The position numbers were made by a program, and so were the translations under genes. A stretch of DNA of 64,000 nt from Octopus vulgaris (Eukaryota): contig OX597815.1 in NCBI GenBank assembly GCA_951406725.2, positions 130,882,001 to 130,946,000 on the forward strand, read 5' to 3'. The notes under the pieces were generated by a model, which saw nothing but the letters and a program-made list of their open reading frames with translations, did no database searches and was not told where the DNA came from. This document shows, one piece after another, positions 1-12,036 of this stretch. Position 1 is the first letter of the stretch. Each line of letters starts with the position of its first letter.

Positions 1-1411
1 TGGCCAGTCAGGCAGTACTAGCAATGGCTATGCTCAAATGATGTTTTTTATGTACCACCTGCACAAGAGCCAATCCAGCGGCACTGGCAACGACCTCGCT
101 TAAATGCTTTTTCATGTGCCACCAGCACAAGTGCCAGTAAGGTGATGCTGGTAAAGATCACGCTTGAATGATGCTTTTTACATGTCACCAGCACAGAAGC
201 GAGTTAGCTGCTCTGGCAATGATCAAGCGTGGATGGTGCTCTTAGCACTCCACTAGCATGGACGCCAGTCATTGAATTTGATTTCAATTTTGATTCTGAT
301 TTCACTTGCCTCAACAGGTTTTCACAAGCAGAGTTAAGTGTCCAATGAAGGAAAGGTATGCATAAGTGGACTGGTTACACCCCTGGCATAGGCCACGTGG
401 TTATGGTCTCACTTGGCTTGCCGGGTCTTCTCAAGCACAGCATATTTCCAACGATCTCAGTCACTAGTCATTGCCTTGGTGAGGCCCAACGTTCGAAGGT
501 CATGGCGCACCACCTCATCCTAAGTCTTTCTGGGTCTACCTCTTCCACAGGTTCCCTCAACCACTAGGGTTTGGCACTTTTCATACGGCTATCCTCATCT
601 ATTCTTGTCACATGACCATACCAGCACAATCGTCTCTCTTGCACACCACATCTGATGCTTCTTAGGTCCAACTTTTCCCTCAAGGTACTTACACTCTGTC
701 GAGTATGTACACTGACATTACACATCCATTGGAGCATACTGGCTTCATTCCTTGCGAGCTTACACATGTCCTCAGCAGTCACGACCCATGTTTCACTGCC
801 ATGTAGCATGGCTGTTTGTACCCATGTGTCATACAATCTACCTTTTACTCTGAATGAGAGGCCCTTTGTCACCAGCATAGGTAAGAGCTCTCTGAACTTT
901 GCCCAGGCTACTCTTATTCTAGCAGCTACACTTTCAGCGTACCCTCCCCTGCTACTGACTTGGTCACCTAGGTAACGGAAGCTATCAACTACTTCTAGTT
1001 TTTCTCCTTGGAATGTGGCAGAAGTTGTTCTCTGCACATTTCAGTGTTTATTGCTGCTGAGCATCTGCCACATGCAAAAACTATCTTCCCAGCTAGCCTT
1101 CCTTTAATATTGCTTCACCTCTCATGTGTCCATAGCATACACTGAGTACATCTTATAGAGTTTCTACCTACGCCTTTTCTACAGATCAAGCAGGGTCATC
1201 TACCTGAAAGGATTTGTGGTTTGCCTGCCTTCCTACTTAGTTGGACTTTGGTTTTAGCTAGGCTGACTCTAAGGCCCTTTGATTCTAATCCTTGTTTCCA
1301 CACTTGAAACTTCTCTTCTAGTTCTGATAGTGACTCAGCAACTAGAGCAAGGTCGTCAGCATAGAGGAGCTCCCAGGGGCATCCTGTCTTGCATTCCTCT
1401 GTTATTGCCTG
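1..1411 (-). mobile_element. 5'-truncated, frameshifted RTE-clade LINE (RT C-terminal half plus 3' UTR, which runs off the window start)
   Basis: ORFs 1196-1450 (ELLYADDLAL...GLRVSLAKTKV) and 564-1037 (LEVVDSFRYLG...MLHGSETW...RRLCWYGHV) are RTE-type RT motifs. Highly similar to the copies at 21858-24453 and 31238-33030. Confidence 0.93.
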
Positions 1412-1429
1412 TCCTATATATATAGATAG

Positions 1430-1610
1430 ATTAGTAGTCACTACACACATTCTTTTCTCTCCTTGTTTTTTTCTGAGTCCCTTTCTTTAGAAGAGCGTAG
1501 GCTCGAAACGTATAAAAGACTTTTCTATTTCTGAACATTATACAAATACATCTGTTTGTTTTGTACACCACCTGTCTTCGTCTTTTGTTTTTTTCGTGAA
1601 ATCTCCCTAC
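1430..1610 (+). mobile_element. Penelope-type pseudo-LTR (family A) with a degenerate minimal hammerhead motif
   Basis: CTTT-CTTTAGA-A-GAGC-GTAG-GCTC-GAAAC-GTA at 1481-1512. Same repeat as 47323-47490 and 47780-47948. Flanked by (TA)n and (TG)n. Confidence 0.7.
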
Positions 1611-1750
1611 ATGTGTGTGTGTGTGTGTATGAATTTAAATAATAAAGATAAAAATTGATATTAATTAAATTAATATCAATTTAAACCAGTGGCCTGGCAT
1701 ATTGAAAAATATCTGAAGATTCAGAACGTTATATTACATATATATAAGGG

Positions 1751-1940
1751 GAATGACCACTAGGTGGATTCCTTAAATGCTAAAAGTAGCCACCATATGG
1801 TATGTGACTAATCACTATATTTTGTATCTTTTCATTTGTCTTGCTCACTTTTTGTTCTGGTGTTTACTGAAATTTCTTGAGAACAATTTTTCTTAGTGGT
1901 CAGACCTTTAGCATATTAGGAATCCACCTAGTGGTCATTC
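1751..1940. repeat. Inverted repeat, ~34-bp arms
   Basis: gaatgaccactaggtggattccttaaatgctaaa (1751-1784) versus tttagcatattaggaatccacctagtggtcattc (1907-1940). Confidence 0.85.
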
Positions 1941-2034
1941 TTATATGTATGTATACATATATATATATATATATGTGTGTGTATGTGTGTGTATGCGTGT
2001 GTGTGTGTGTGTGTGTATGCGTGTGTGTGTATAT

Positions 2035-2160
2035 GTGTAGTTGAAATTTACAGAAATACAAAAGATGAAGACGGGTGTATGAATAACAAGCAGGTGTAAT
2101 AGTTTGATGTTTGGGAAAATGAAAAAGTCTTTTACATTTCAAGCCTACACTCTTCTACAC
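2035..2160 (-). mobile_element. Penelope-type pseudo-LTR fragment (family A)
   Basis: Reverse complement reads GTGTAGA-A-GAGT-GTAG-GCTT-GAAAT-GTA-AAAG followed by the family A downstream sequence. Embedded in (CA/TG)n. Confidence 0.65.
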
Positions 2161-2239
2161 ACACACACTCACACTCTCTCTCACACACACACACATACAC
2201 ACACGCACACACATGTATATATGTAGACATACATATACC

Positions 2240-2490
2240 ATGCTCGAGAAGAAGACCCATCAAGCTGAGTGAAATTGTAGTTGTGTCAGATACTGGTGTC
2301 ACGCAACTGGCACCCATGCTGGTGGCACATTAAATCACCCCTTACAGTCTCAGAGTGGAAGGGTATCCAGCCATAGAAACCATGCCAAATCAGACTGAAG
2401 TTTGGTGCAACTCCTCAGCTTACCAGCCCTGGTCAAGCCGTCTGACCCATGCTAGCATGGACAACGGACGTTAAATGATGATTATGATAA
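2240..2490 (+). mobile_element. RTE-related 3' tail fragment
   Basis: Ends ...cccatgctagcatggacaacggacgttaaatgatgat, the shared RTE terminus. Confidence 0.75.
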
Positions 2491-2984
2491 TTTTGATGTA
2501 TATACACATATATATATGGTGAAATATCTAATCAAAGCACAAATGATTTGTTTATAGTGATCAAATGTATGTGCTGTACATGAGCTCACTCCCTCCATCA
2601 AATCGATGTTGCCTGAACAGGTGCATGTTGTACTTGACACATGTCAGGTGTCAACAGACCACCCAAGCCAGGAATTGAAACCAAGATCTCTTGGTTGTGA
2701 GTACAACATCCCAACCACTTTGCCATGCACCTCAACATGCATACAGGCACACATGCACACATGGACACAATGAGCTTCTTTCAATTTTCATTTACCAAAT
2801 CCATTCAGAAGGTTTTGGTCAGTTTGGGGCTATAGCAGAAGATCCATGGTGATTGGGAAGCAAACTTTGTAACATTAATACCTGGTACAGCCGTGCCTGT
2901 ACCAGGTATTAATGTCCTTCCATGGATGGGGCTTCACTTGGTTGATTTGCCTTGATTTCATTATTTGTTTTAAACCATGTTTGA

Positions 2985-3345
2985 TCCTTTATCTTGTTTC
3001 AGTCATCAGAATTTGTTTTAGTTGAATGAATTGACCCCAGTACTTATTTATTTTTATGAATGGTACTTATTCTATTGGTCCTGTTTGGCAAACTGCTAAG
3101 TTACAAGGACAAAATCACACCAACTGCAGTTGTCAAAGAGTGATGGGGGACAAACACAGAAACAAGGACACACACACACACACACACATCATTGACAAGC
3201 TTCTTTTATTTTCCATCTACCAAATCCACTCACAAGTTTGGTTGCTCTGAGGCTATAGTAGAAGTACTTGCCTAAGGTATCATGCAGTGAGACTGAACTT
3301 GGAACCATGTGGTTGGGAAGTGAGCTTTTTACCACACAGCCATGC
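2985..3345 (-). mobile_element. tRNA-derived CORE-type SINE (octopus OR-like family)
   Basis: Diverged reverse complement of the full copy at 30054-30452. Similar copies at about 5285-5655, 10262-10590, 17785-17945, 26510-26935 and 57985-58450 (-), and 14630-14795, 16225-17115 and 35700-35820 (+). Confidence 0.8.
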
Positions 3346-3568
3346 CGTAATGTAATTCCCCTAAATTTCATTTGTTAAATTATAATTTCCTTTTAAATAA
3401 TTTTTCTCTTCTTTATTTTCTCTGGTGAAAGATTAGTGTCTGAAACATGAAGTCTCTTTCCCTTTTCTTTAAGTATTAAACTAATACAACATTTGTTAAA
3501 GCTTGACCATCTTGTGTTGCCTTCTTTTTGTGTTCATTGCCTAATTTATATTTTTCTATTTTTTTCAG

Positions 3569-3727
3569 TGTTAATGCTATTAAATGTCACAAAAAGGAAA
3601 ATACTGTGATAAATCTATGTATGGTGGAAAGTCGTGTATGCTCACCTTCGGACAATAAACATTTTCGGAACCAAATGAATCTTGAAGATATCTGGATTCT
3701 TCCTAAAGGAAAAAAGAAAAACAAAAG
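3569..3727 (+). CDS. Candidate internal coding exon of an unidentified host gene (159 nt, phase 2-2; VNAIKCHKKENTVINLCMVESRVCSPSDNKHFRNQMNLEDIWILPKGKKKNK)
   Basis: Strong acceptor tttttctatttttttcag, donor AAAG|gtaaag, only one open frame, non-repetitive sequence. No recognisable domain. Confidence 0.6.
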
Positions 3728-3764
3728 GTAAAGCATTTTACATCAGACAACAGTAGTTAGAAAC

Positions 3765-3972
3765 ATCATCAATTCCACCATGATCATCATCACCATCATG
3801 ATTGTCATCACCACCACCACCATTATGAACATCATCATCATAATCATTATCATGATATTGTCATCATCACCACTACCATCTCCATCACCACCACCAACAA
3901 CACCTCCACCACGACCCTCCGCCTCATCATCATAATCATCATCATTATCATCATCGTCATCATCATCATCTT
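3765..3972. repeat. Degenerate (CAT/CAC)n trinucleotide tract
   Basis: Visible repeat, continuous with a minus-strand RTE tail remnant at about 3960-4040. Confidence 0.9.
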
Positions 3973-4229
3973 TTAATGTCAATCTTCCATGCTGGTATGG
4001 GTTGGATGGCTTGACAGAATCCAGAATGCTGGACGATTGTGTTTTGCTCCACCAAGGTCAGCTTTGCCTTTCATCCTTTCGCAGTTGAAAATAATAAGTA
4101 CCAGTTGATCACTGGGGTCGAAGTAATTGACTCATCTCCCCCCATGAAAATTTGTTAAAATTTGAAATCAATATTATTATTAAAATCAAAATCAAAATCA
4201 AAAATCAAATCATAATCAAATGGATATTG

Positions 4230-4656
4230 TATTTGTGGCCGATGTCAGTGCCACCTGACTGGCTCCTGTGCTGGTGGCACCATTCATGCATGGGTTGTTG
4301 CCAGTGTCGCGTGACTGGCTCCCATGCTAGTGGAACATAAAAAGCACCATCTGAATATGGTCGATGCCAGCTCCCTGTTCCACGCCGACTGGCTCCTGTG
4401 CTGGTAGCATGTAAAAGAGCACCATCTGAATGTAGCCAATGCCTGTGCCGCCTAAATGGCTCCTGTGCCGGTGGCACATAAAAATCCCCAGTACACTCTT
4501 GGAGTGGTTGGCGTTAGGAAGGGCATCCAGCTGTAGAAACATTGCCAGATCAGATTGGAGCTTGGTGTGGCCTCCTGGCTTGCCAGTCCCCAGTCAAACT
4601 GTCCAACCCATTCCAGCATGGAAAACGGACGTTAAACGACGACGATGATGATGATG
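4230..4656 (+). mobile_element. RTE 3' UTR-only copy (tandem subrepeat array plus terminus and (GAT)n)
   Basis: Matches 32500-33030 and ends ggaaaacggacgttaaacgacgacgatgatg. Other tail-only copies at about 39330-39600 and 57360-57710 (+), and 27365-27500, 42225-42660, 56790-56960, 58940-59100, 61735-62160 and 62300-62520 (-). Confidence 0.88.
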
Positions 4657-4799
4657 GTTATTAGTTTATTTGTCAGAGTTCTTTCATCGCACATTCTACA
4701 ACCTTTTCACTGACATTCTTTTCCTTGTGTCTTTTTTTCCTCTGGTTTTGTCATCTAATTTTTTGATATCTTAAAAAAATTTTAATCCCTTAAAAGATC

Positions 4800-5232
4800 T
4801 TCATCATCATCATCATAGTCATTTAACGTCCGCTTTCTATGCTGGCATTGGTTGGATGGGTTGACTGAGGGCTGGCAAGCCAGAAGGCTGCACCAGGCTT
4901 CAATCTGATTTGGCAAAGTTTCTACAGCTGGATGCCCTTCTTAATGCCAACCACTCTGAGAGTGTAGTAGGTACTTTTTACATGCCACCAGCATGAGAGC
5001 CAGTCAGGTGGTACTAGCATCGGCCACGTTTGAATGGGGCTTTTTACATGTCACTGGCACGGGTGCAATTCAGGCAGTGCTGTCATTGGCCATGTCAACA
5101 ACTACACTTGCCTCAACAGGTCTTCGCAAGTGCAGTTTATTGCCCAATGATTGAAGGGTGCTCTTAAATGGGCTGGTTATGCTGCACTGGCATAGGCCAT
5201 GGTTACGGTCTCACTTGGCTTGCCGGGTCTTT
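4800..5232 (-). mobile_element. RTE 3' fragment with a short array
   Basis: (CAT)n, terminus, about 2 array units, then sequence matching 305-430. Confidence 0.85.
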
Positions 5233-5675
5233 TTAAGCGGAAAAAATTTCTTTCCTCAGATTTTTGGGTTTTTTTTCCATCTTTCAATCATTTACTTGTT
5301 TCAGCCATTGGACTGTGGTCATGCTGGGGCAATACTCTGGATGGTGTAGTTGAATAAACTGTCTAATTTTGTAAGTCAAAATAAGCCAAACAAATTAATG
5401 TGCTTTTAAGCCTGGTATTTATTCCACCATTCTTTCTGACGAAACCACTAAGCTATGGCAAGATAAACAAGTCAACACCCTCCCACACATATATGACAGG
5501 TTTCCTCACAGTTTCCATCTACCAAATTCACTGACAAGGTATCATTTGCTTTGGCAATAAAAGAAGACACTTGCCCAAGGTGTGCTGCACAGTAGGACTG
5601 AATCTGAAACCACATGGTTGCAAAGAAAGCTTCTTATCCACGCAGCCATGCCTGTATTTATATTTTAGATTATTT

Positions 5676-6305
5676 TCATCATCATCATCATCATTGTTTA
5701 TGTCTATTTTCCATGGTGGCATGGGTTGGATGGTTTGACTGGGGACTGGCAAGCCAGGAGGCTGCACCAGGCTCCAATCTGATCTGGCAAGGTTTCTACA
5801 GCTGGATGCCCTTCCTAATGCCAAACACTCCAAGAGTATAGTGGATGCTTTTTACATGCCACTGGCATGGGAACCAGTCAGGTGGCACTGGCATCGACCA
5901 TACTCGAATAGTGCCTTTTACGTGCCACCAGTATGGGAGTCAGTCAGGTGACACTGGTATCAGTCATGCTCGAATGGTACTTTTTGCATGTCACCAGCGC
6001 GAGAGCCAGTCGGGAACACTGGCATTGACCACACTCAAATAGTGCTTTTTATGTGCCACTAGCACTAACATCAGCCACACTCAAATAGTGCTTTTTTACA
6101 TGCCACCAGCACAAGATCCAGTCAGGCAGCTTTGGCATCAACCAGACTCAAATGGAGCTTTTTACATGTCACCAGCACAGGAGTCATTCAGGTGGCACTG
6201 GCATCGACCATGCTCGAATGGTGCTTTTTCTGTGCCAGCACTGGCATTGGCCACACTCGAATGGTACTTTTTATGTGCCAATCAGGTGGCACTGGTATCA
6301 GCCAC
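5676..6305 (-). mobile_element. RTE 3' UTR copy with an expanded subrepeat array
   Basis: About 8 repeats of tggtgcttttta-cgtgccaccagcac-...-ggcactggcatcgaccacactcgaa. Confidence 0.88.
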
Positions 6306-6340
6306 AATGATGAATCAATTTTAGAATTGAGGTAATTTAA

Positions 6341-6801
6341 CCCTTTTGTTACTGTATTTATTTTAAGATGGTCTGTGTTTCTTTCAGTTATTTTAAATAT
6401 GACAAAGAATTTAGTAAATTAACTTAGTTTATCATTCGGCTAGTGTTAGGAACATAAATTGTGACTAAGGTTTGATGGAAGATTTTAATTCAAAACTTAT
6501 GAAAACAAGACATTTGTACTACAGAGGCAGAGCCAATTTCAGCCAGGTTGGTAATGAAAAGGTTAATGTCAACTCTTTAACCCTTTCATTACTGTATTTA
6601 TTTTGAGATGCCCTGTGCTTCTTTCAGTTATTTTAAATATAGCAAAGAATTTAGTAAAATAACACATTTATCATTCAGCTAGTGTTAGGAACATAAATTG
6701 AGACTAAGGTTTGATGGAAGATTTTAATTCAAAACTTATGAAAACAAGACATTTGTACTACAGAGGCAGAGCCAATTTCAGCTGGGTTGATAATGAAAGG
6801 G
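6341..6801. mobile_element. Two tandem piggyBac-type MITEs (6341-6562 and 6581-6801)
   Basis: Each is TTAA|CCCTTT...AAAGG(G)|TTAA with short TIRs. The two ~221-bp copies are highly similar. Confidence 0.8.
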
Positions 6802-7139
6802 TTAAGATTATCCAGTTTAGCAGATTTTTGACAGGGATGGTCATAAGTAACAACCTAAATGCTTTCCAATATTTCATTCCACTACTCTATGTTCTGAAAT
6901 TAAAACCAGCTGAGTTTGATTACATCATTAGTGCGGTTAGTAAAATAGTTATTAGTAATATATTGGCTGCTGTTATTCAGTTGACTGTGATTTACCTGTT
7001 TAGATATAGGCCTCGGACAATATCTGATATTGATTATTTAATTGTATTTATTCCTAATTGATTTGAGATTTATAGAGATTGGAAAACCTTGTTTTTATAA
7101 TCATATGTACATTAGTGGTCAAATAATATGTTATTGAAC

Positions 7140-7468
7140 ATTGCAGTATCATTATCATCATTATCATCATCGTCATCACCACCTCCATCACTGCCATCAT
7201 GGCCACCACCGTTATCACCGCTGCCGCCACCACCACCAGCACCAACACCACCACCACCGCCGCTGCTGCTGCTGCTGCCACAACTGTCAGCATTGCTGTC
7301 ACCACCACAACTGCCACTGCTGCCATGAAGATGACTGACAACAACAATGACGATGATGACAATGAAAACGATAACGACGACCACCACCATTGCCATCATC
7401 ATCATCATCATCATTACCACCACTGTCACCACAACCATCATCATCATCACCAACGATGATGATGATGC
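7140..7468. repeat. Compound trinucleotide microsatellite (CAT/CAC/GCT/GAT)
   Basis: Visible repeat; explains the poly-H/P/A ORFs in all frames. Confidence 0.92.
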
Positions 7469-7630
7469 AATACACACACACACGCACTCTTATGCACCCA
7501 CATCATTCGACATGCAGGGATCATAGGTAGCTTTCCTAAAACTGGGATACACTACGTAAAAATTCAAATATTACAGTGATATACCAAATAAAATCCAAAT
7601 ACAAAAAAAAAATCTGTTGTAAAAACTCCT

Positions 7631-7982
7631 GTTCTATATTTTAGAGATGTTGAATTTTGCACATTATTTACATTATTTACATTAGATTAATATATGTTCT
7701 CATCTTGTTTGTTGTTACCACAACGTTTTGGCTGATATGCTCTCCAGCCTTCATCAGGTGTCTTTGTAGAATATTTTTTGCTGATATTATTATTATTATT
7801 TATTCAAGGCACTGTCTGTAATTGAACTCGCAATCTTGGGGTAGTAGCCCACGCTCATAACCATTACACTATATACCCGTGGACTACTAAACCCAAGATT
7901 GTGAGTTTAATTCCAGGAAATGTCTTGAATAAATTATAATAATAATAACGATAATGATAATGATAATAATAATAATGATAAT

Positions 7983-8021
<39 letters not shown>

Positions 8022-8182
8022 TCTGCAAAAAAATACCTTAGGAATAAGAACCCAGAGTTGGGTTCAAAATTCTACCAGGACATCTGATGGAAGCTGGGGA
8101 GTAAACCAGCCAAAATGTCTTGGTAACAACAAACTAGATGAGGACACATATCCATCCAATGTAAATAATGTGCAGAATTCCT
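7631..8182. mobile_element. Head-to-head pair of a tRNA-headed, (AAT)n-containing element with a Penelope-type hammerhead tail (family B)
   Basis: Minus copy 7631-7881 has an A-box TAGTGTAATGG, a B-box-like GAGTTCAATTAC and GACAC-CTGATGA-A-GGCTG-10nt-CAGCC-AAAAC-GTT-GTG. Plus copy 7882-8182 is a 5'-truncated inverse. Confidence 0.7.
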
Positions 8183-8516
8183 ATTCCAAAAGCTAGTTCA
8201 GCAAATATAAAATATATTAATGAAACTAAAATGCTGTGATTGAAGTTCTTAAGAATCTCTTTCTGACTTATTCTTCACAAGTGCAAAAACATGGTGATGT
8301 TCATGTCCACATTACAGTTAAATTCAGCTGCTACAATTGTTCAAGCATGCTACATCACCAATGCTATGTTGAACACTCATTCCACTGTTTGTTATTAGCA
8401 TATATATATTGTGTCATCCCATAAATGATGTGTTTTTTTTTTTCTGAAAATCAAGCAAAAGAGTTAGGGTCAAGAAAACACAAAGAAAGTATAATAGGGT
8501 TGTCAAAATGGAAATA

Positions 8517-9798
8517 CTGGGTCAGCCCATAAATAATGCAGTTTTTTTTATACTTCTTTTATTTTTGAAAATTAAGATTAAAAAAGTTCTTTTTTTTTTT
8601 AAATCTAAAATATCCTCTCCCTCATTTTCTACAATGCTCTTCCATCTATTTGGTAGACTTGCAAGGCCCTGCTTTCAAAATTCACTTGTCCGTGATGAAA
8701 AATACTCTTCTAGTAGTGTTCTGACCTCATCTACAGAATTCATATTTTTTCCATCCAAATGATTTTGAAGACTGCAGGATAAATGATAATCAGATGGGGC
8801 AATGTCTGGAGAGTATGAAGGGCGGGGCATCGTTTTCCATTCGAACTGCTCCAGCCTTTGGAATGTCATGCTCGTTGTTTGTGGCTGAACATTATCCTGA
8901 TGGAAGAGCATCTTTGTCTTGAAACCAAAGATGGTTGTTTTCCTTCTAACACTGACTTAAGCTGATCAAGCTACTTGCAGTGGATCTCCTTTGTTATCAT
9001 TTGGTTTGGGTTTAAAAGTTCAAAGTGGACTAAACTTTTCATATCCCACCAAACATAACAACACCTTATGTGGGTGAAGACCTTTAGTCTGGAGTGTCGC
9101 TGTTGCTCCTTTCCTGACCCACTGTCTTTGGCACTTGACTTTTTTTTTATAGAGAACCCATTTCTCATCATCAGTCACTACTTGGTCCAAAAAAGGTTCA
9201 TTCATGAGACATGATAGCAAAGAAGAGGACATGTTCACTCTCTGTACACTTGAAAAATTTGTGAGGAATCCATTAACCCAATTTGCTGACTTTTCCGATG
9301 GCACACAGGTGTTGATGAATGGTTGAATGATCAAATCCAAGCTTGTCTGCTAGTTCCTCAACAGTTATGATGGGATTTTGTTCTACCAGGGTTTGCTGGA
9401 CATCTTCATTGAGCTTTACAGATCTACCGGGACAAGGCTTGTCTTCTAGGCTGTAGTTTCTGGCTCGGAATTTCTGGAACCACTGTTGACTCTGGCTTAT
9501 GCTTATTGCCTGATCCCCATATACTGCATTAATATTCCTCGCACTTTCCATTGTGTTGTTGCCTATTGAACTCATACAGCAAAATATGCCAAATATGTTC
9601 CTTTGTCACTTCCATTATAGCATGAAAAAATAACAGTTAAAACCGAACTGCACATTTCAAAACTTTCATTAAGAATAAGTACAAAGTAAAATTACTACCT
9701 GCTTTTATAGCAAGTTGATGCAGGTAGCTTATCCTGTCCCCCTCTGACTTTTAGTTCATGCAATTGAAAAAAACCGCATTATTTATGGGATGACTTAA
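8517..9798 (-). mobile_element. Full-length decayed mariner (DD34D) transposon
   Basis: ~32-bp TIRs (ctgggtcagcccataaataatgcagttttttt / aaaaaaaccgcattatttatgggatgacttaa) with TA on both sides. Transposase fragments include HTH (QQWFQKFR), VTDDEKWVLY, FHQDN and YSPDIAPSDYHL. Confidence 0.93.
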
Positions 9799-9949
9799 TA
9801 TATATATATATTTGATAATGTACTGAAAAATGACCTCAGGAAGGTGAACCTTTTAAGCGAGATGACAAAGCACTGAGATACCTGGTGCTTGGTTGTATGC
9901 AAGAAGACCTGCACTCAGCATCAAAACTGTTAAGACTGATCTTTCAGGT

Positions 9950-10203
9950 GGTAAAAAGTGCTCATGGCAGTGCCACACATAAAAGCACCTGTGTGGCGTC
10001 ATATAAAAGTGTCCATACAGTGCCATGTAAAAGCACCGAACACACTCTGTAAAGTGGTTGGTGTTAGGAAGGGCATTCAGCCGTAGAAACAATGCCAAAC
10101 CAGACTAGAGTCTGATGCAGCCCCCACAGCTTGCCAGCTCTGGTCAAACTGCCTAACCCATGCCAGCATGGAAACAGACATTAAATAACGATGATGGTGA
10201 TGA
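9950..10203 (+). mobile_element. RTE tail variant with ~22-bp subrepeats
   Basis: Repeated gtggtgccacataaaagcacc-like units before the shared terminus. Related copies at about 15000-15280 and 55868-56260 (-). Confidence 0.75.
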
Positions 10204-11360
10204 TATATAAATATATATACTTTGTGGAGTGGTTGGTATTCTTTGCCATAGTGTTGGACATACTCTTTTACTCTTTTACTTGTTTCAGTCATTTGACTGT
10301 GGCCATGCTGGAACACTGCCTTTAGTTGAGCAAATCGACCCTAGGACTTATTCTTTGTAAGCCTAGTACTTATTCTATCGGTTTCTTTTGCCAAACTGCT
10401 AAGTTACGGGGACATAAACACACCACCATTGGTTGTCAAGCGATGGTGAGGGGACAAACACAAACACACAAACATATACACACACATACATATATATACA
10501 TATATACGACGAGCTCTTTTCAGTTTCCGTCTACCAAATCCGCTCACAAGGTTTTGGTCAGCCTGAGGCTATAATAAAAGACACTTGCCCATTAAAAAAT
10601 TTTTTAACCATCTTAGATATTTTTTTTATCGAACAATTTGTTTTGCTGTTTCATTCTTCTGGGAGGGTAGAATAATTATGACGATAATTTCATTATGATG
10701 TTGATAATCATGCATTGTATTCAAACTGTTATTGTTAGTTTAAAGCTTAATGTTTCAACAGAATATGGTGGAGTATCATTAGATATGCAAATATTGCTCC
10801 CATAGGTATTGTGAGGATTTCGGCTGGGAAGCGTGAAAGATTCTCAATTATTAATTTGAATTATTAATTTGTGAAAAACAGAAAATTAAGATTAATGTTG
10901 GATAAGAATTATATTTGTATGGAGATGATTGGTAGGTTTGTGCGAACCTGTTGACATCCTCCCCACCTCCTAGTTAGCTAGCTAAAGTAGTGACTCTTAA
11001 AGTTAAATGTTGAGTTGGTCTCATCCTTTCCACCACCATTCATCAGTGTCTGAGTCTGTTTCTGCTTCAGAAAAGTTAAAGACCTTTTGTAGCTTCTTGA
11101 TATTTTTAAACTGAACAAAAGAATGTTACAATAAATCAATATAACTCTATGTGGATGTTTATAAATGTAGAGTATCGCTTAGCATAGAAGAAGAAAGTAT
11201 AGGTCAAGGTGTGGTTATAGTAATAGTTAAAGAAATAACTACAGGGACTGTAAAACATAATAACTGTTTTCATTTCTTCTGAAGCTGATCTATGTTATCC
11301 TCTCAAAAATGTTTGTGACAGGAGAAGCAAAATATCTCGAATTAACTGCTAATATATTAA

Positions 11361-11603
11361 CCCATTCGTGCTGAAATTTTTCTAGTAAATGAAATTGCTG
11401 AAATTTTACAGATACTATTATTTTGACCTAAATAACAACTGAAATAAATTTCATTGAAATCCGTTTGATACAGACTGCATACACATTAAGAACATGCTTA
11501 ATTCTTTAATACAGATCATCCACAAATCACAATTTGTATCAAGTATTTGTTTTATAAAATATAAATGAAGTGTCAGATTAAACAGACGACCGGCATGAAT
11601 GGG
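11361..11603. mobile_element. piggyBac-type MITE (second family)
   Basis: TTAA|CCCATTCGTGCTG ... CGGCATGAATGGG|TTAA (11/13 TIR match). Confidence 0.75.
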
Positions 11604-11814
11604 TTAATGTAATTGATAGTAGACCTTCTATTAATTTAAGAATTACTCTGTTGCAATAAAACTCTTTAGTTAAAATGGGAAAGAAACATAAAATTTTATT
11701 ATATAATTAAATGTATTATCTGTATCCTCTTTTATTCCTTGTGGGTTTGCTCTTGCACCCCAGCAGTACCATCTTAGCTTTATCCTAGTTACTTCCACTC
11801 TTTCTTGTAATAGT

Positions 11815-12036
11815 CATTTCTATTAAAGGCACAAGGCCTGAAATTTGGGGAGAGGGGACCAATCAATGACATTGACACCCAGTGTTTCACTGGTACTCAA
11901 TTTATCGAACCCGAAAAGATGAAAGGATGAAAGGCAAAGTCGACCTCAGCGGAATTTGAACTCAGAACATAAAGCTGGACAATATGTTGCTAAGCATTCC
12001 ATCCAGTGTGCTAACGATTCTGCCATCTCGCCGCCT
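11815..12036 (-). mobile_element. tRNA-derived SINE with a Meta/MESC-like central domain
   Basis: Reverse complement has the head ggcggcgagatggcagaatcgttagc and the central gcctttcatcc...gataaattgagtacc. Possible TSD actct..cttgtaata. Other copies at 26284-26495 (+), 27590-27790 (+), 34895-35090 (-), 42845-43205 (+) and 48545-49195 (-, three copies). Confidence 0.8.

Noticed and set aside
5840-6300. CRISPR-like appearance of the palindromic repeat array
   Set aside because: The sequences between the conserved motifs are homologous to one another rather than unique spacers, there are no cas genes, and the array is the 3' UTR of a eukaryotic LINE.
6711-7061. 116-aa ORF
   Set aside because: It spans a MITE and SINE remnants, so it is a chance open frame.
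10990-11110. Possible minus-strand exon
   Set aside because: An acceptor-like site is present, but the frames end in stops and no partner exon is evident.
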